64,000 nucleotides of DNA from NCBI GenBank assembly GCA_965649825.1, contig OZ287696.1, positions 1,770,081 to 1,834,080 of the forward strand. The letters run 5' to 3'. The translations under genes and the position numbers were made by a program. The first letter of the stretch is position 1. Every line of letters begins with the position of its first letter. Source of the stretch: Penicillus capitatus (taxonomy: Eukaryota; Plantae; Chlorophyta). A model generated the notes under the pieces. The model saw only the letters and a program-made list of their open reading frames with translations. It ran no database searches and was not told the DNA's origin. Shown here piece by piece: positions 61,294 to 64,000 of the stretch.

Positions 61294-62610
61294 TTAACTG
61301 CGAGGCAGGGAGGACATGCCTGCATTCATCGTGACGTCCGCATATCCGAAATCCACATATTCTGGACAGAAAAGGAAATGACCCAGTACAGAAACCGTGG
61401 AAACGGCGTAAATCTGCCAGAATAGCTTCGGAATGCTTTTGGAAAATGCAAGCCCCCCTTTCTGCCTTGAGACAAAGAATTTGGCGACATCCTCGAGGAC
61501 GACGACGAGGCCATTCACCACAAAGAAGAATCCGTGTGCGGGACAGACTCGAAACGGAGATGTGAACATGAGAACACCAATGTGAAAGAAGCAGCTGGCC
61601 GCGAACGCTGCGATCAGAGCCATGGATTTGCGCAGTCCCGATGGCTTCTTCCTCTCGAAGTACTGCGATCCGCGCACCCAGCAACCTGTCCAGATTCGTA
61701 TGTAACACATGGCGTAACCAGATGAGGCCTTACCTTCATAGATCGGTTCGTAACTCAGACTTCGCAGCATTTCAGAGACAAGGATGTTCCAGCGACGAGA
61801 CCAGAATTCTCTGACAGATTGGGAGAGCCATGGACGGTCGAAGTTGTGGTTTATCTTCACATTGGCTGTAAGCAGCAAGACCAGACTGACCGTATCTTCA
61901 ACTGCAGACCCGTATACATAGACAAAAAGTCCGACGCATGCGTTTCTCAGAAAATCCTGTCCAGATCCGTGAAAGTGTTGTGCACCGCGTTTCAAAGCCT
62001 CTGAGAATATGATCTAATGATGCAGACATGAATGAGTAAGATCAAAGTGAAGGAGAAATTGACATACTTTTCCGATCGTCTGGAAAAAAATTCTTGCGAC
62101 CTGCATCCAGCGCTCCGTCTTTTCGTAGTGAAGCACAGAGAAGCGAGCATCTTTGTAGGCATGCAGCTCTGTCGCCTTCTCCTCGTTCTTATCCGTCACC
62201 TTCTTTTCATCGAAGGTGACCGATACCGGGAAGAGGAGACTGAGAACGAAAGCGAGTGTGCTCTTGCTGTCGTACGCCTTGACGATCGGGCCTCGATTCA
62301 TGCAAAACGCGATGATCCTTGCTGGTGTCATGAAAAGAAACTCAATAATGCTATACACTGCTGCTATGGCTTCCTCATTCTTCTGTGCGTCGAACAAGAT
62401 GCACATGATCGCCAGAACTGGAGTCAGAATCATGGCTCGCACTCCTCGCGACCAACCAGGACGTGCCGGTGCCACCACACAGCGCATCCAGTAGTACAGG
62501 ACAAAGTGTCCAGCGACAAAAACATAGAAGCGTGTTGAGAAGTCCAGATTAAGTTCTGCGACCTTTGCCATGATGCCCTCCATGAGAGCGCTCCATCCCG
62601 CGGTTTCCAT
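61294..62610 (-). CDS. MBOAT wax-synthase-like protein, copy 3
   Basis: Same three-exon structure and motifs as copies 1 and 2. Confidence 0.88.
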
Positions 62611-62856
62611 CAGATGAAACACTGCGACTCAGGTTGTAGTCCGCCCAGTGTCCAGAGTTTCCCGTTCGTGTTCAGCTGTGCCTCGCGCACTCTCCTGACG
62701 ACAGAGAGACGCAGACAGTGATGGCAGCGAAGGTGGCTCGCAAGATACAAGACGCGAATGATTGGTGCTGCGTGTATATTAGTCACCCCTCGTGTTGATG
62801 TGACGTCGGTGGATTGAAGCCATCGAACGCTTCAACGACCGATCCATCGTCACCGT

Positions 62857-64000
62857 ATGCCCCTCCGCAAAAAAGTTCGCTCCGCCGATAGTTTTAACGT
62901 TTTAGCTTCGTGGCTACAACAACCTAGCCACCTCGTCGGCGACAGTCAGCTAATAGAAAACTCGACTGGAAGTGCTTCTCTGGGCTATCTCTCGACTGCC
63001 GAGGATTTACTGAACGCCGACCAAAAGTCTGAACCTGGCACGCATCTCCGACACGACAGCTGCATTTCTCCATTCAGCCATCAGACACGAAAAGAGGGAC
63101 ACCGAACGCATCGCCAGGCGCATTCTCTTAGTGAAGGTATTTCTTTCTGTCGCCGCTTCACATCTGATGCACTGTACAGTTTCGTCGCGCGTTTGGCATC
63201 CAGGAGTGGAAACGCTGCTAACAGAGTACTACAAGGTAAGCCTTCGCTATCAAGGTATGAGATGATGGCGGATGTACAGTTGTTGGACACGACAGCCCCG
63301 AGGGACTCCTCGTTCGTCGCTGAGCGCTATCGCAAGTCGTTGATGGAGTGCCTGTTTGGTGCGTTGACCACAAAGCTGCCGACCTTTCTTCAGCTCCGCA
63401 CGATTTCCCAGAACTTTGGAGCATGGATGGATCGCTGCACGACAGAATCGCCAATAATTCTGTTGATTGCTCTGGTGACTGGGCTGCAGTTTCTGCGGTT
63501 CTTGTACATAAGCGTCGGGCTCCCACTCATCGTCTGCGTTGTATTGGGGAGTCTGGGACTCTTCATTTTGCAAAAAAGTGAGAAGAAGTACAAGGCATCG
63601 ATGCGCAAGAAAAACGACAACATCGCCACCCTCAGCGTATTCGAAGGCGGAAAACACGCAAACGCCCTTTCGAATGGAGCACGGTCTTATCGTACAGCGA
63701 ACCCCGCTGGTAAGTCCCCTTCTGCAATGCCCTGTATCCAAGTGTCCCGGCAGATGCGTCACAGCTTCCTCTGGCCAGTATCGAATGGTCTTCAGAGTTG
63801 AGGCGAGTCGCCGTTCCTGAGACCGATGGCAGCGATGCTTTTCAAGACACATCACCTCTTCAGAATCCACCGAATACCATCCATACGATGACAGAGAGCG
63901 AAATGCTTGAGCACGACATCCGGCAAATCCGGATAGCGCTTTTGGGATCCAGAGAGGGCGATTTAGTGCCACCATCCGGCAGCAATAACACAAGCTGGAT
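62857..64000 (+). CDS. Uncharacterised membrane protein, probably continuing past the window
   Basis: 314-aa open frame with two hydrophobic segments (IILLIALVTGLQFL; GLPLIVCVVLGSLGLFIL) and a GTAAG donor near 63710. Family not recognised. Confidence 0.45.

Noticed and set aside
29139-63993. Long antisense or alternative-frame ORFs (e.g. 29447-30061, 53163-53951, 54530-55210, 63250-63993)
   Set aside because: These are shadows of real coding regions or of the repeat on the opposite strand or frame, with no independent motifs.

Overview
Eukaryotic nuclear DNA, most likely from a chlorophyte green alga. This is inferred from CP29, plastid FAD6, cpSRP54 with a VRR tail, a stand-alone CNX1E, TGTAA poly(A)-signal motifs and ~45-57 nt GT-AG introns; the genetic code is standard. 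The window alternates between two kinds of region. A very compact housekeeping core (~13.9-15.4 kb and 22.7-46.6 kb) holds RPS20, a NUDIX hydrolase, FAD6, LHCB4, an asparaginase, a Bfr1/PPI-like protein, RNase Z, dymeclin, a SAP-SPIRAL1 protein, SMG9, a DUF3685 protein, PFD1, cpSRP54, UBC6, CNX1E and TL20.3. The transposon-rich accessory blocks are: (1) 1-11.1 kb, a Ty3/Gypsy copy followed by a resolvable nest in which a LINE carries a second LINE and a TATA-flanked TIR element, which in turn carries an intact 1453-bp gag-only LTR element with 99-bp LTRs; (2) 16.9-21.8 kb, an MFS pseudogene with a solo LTR, a LINE remnant and MBOAT copy 1; (3) 46.7-64 kb, two small 2-TM paralogues head-to-head with a ~1340-aa NACHT-HEAT gene, MBOAT copies 2 and 3, TE remnants and a prohormone-like secreted peptide gene. 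No rRNA, tRNA or CRISPR array was recognised. All family calls come from motif recognition by eye; no database search was run.
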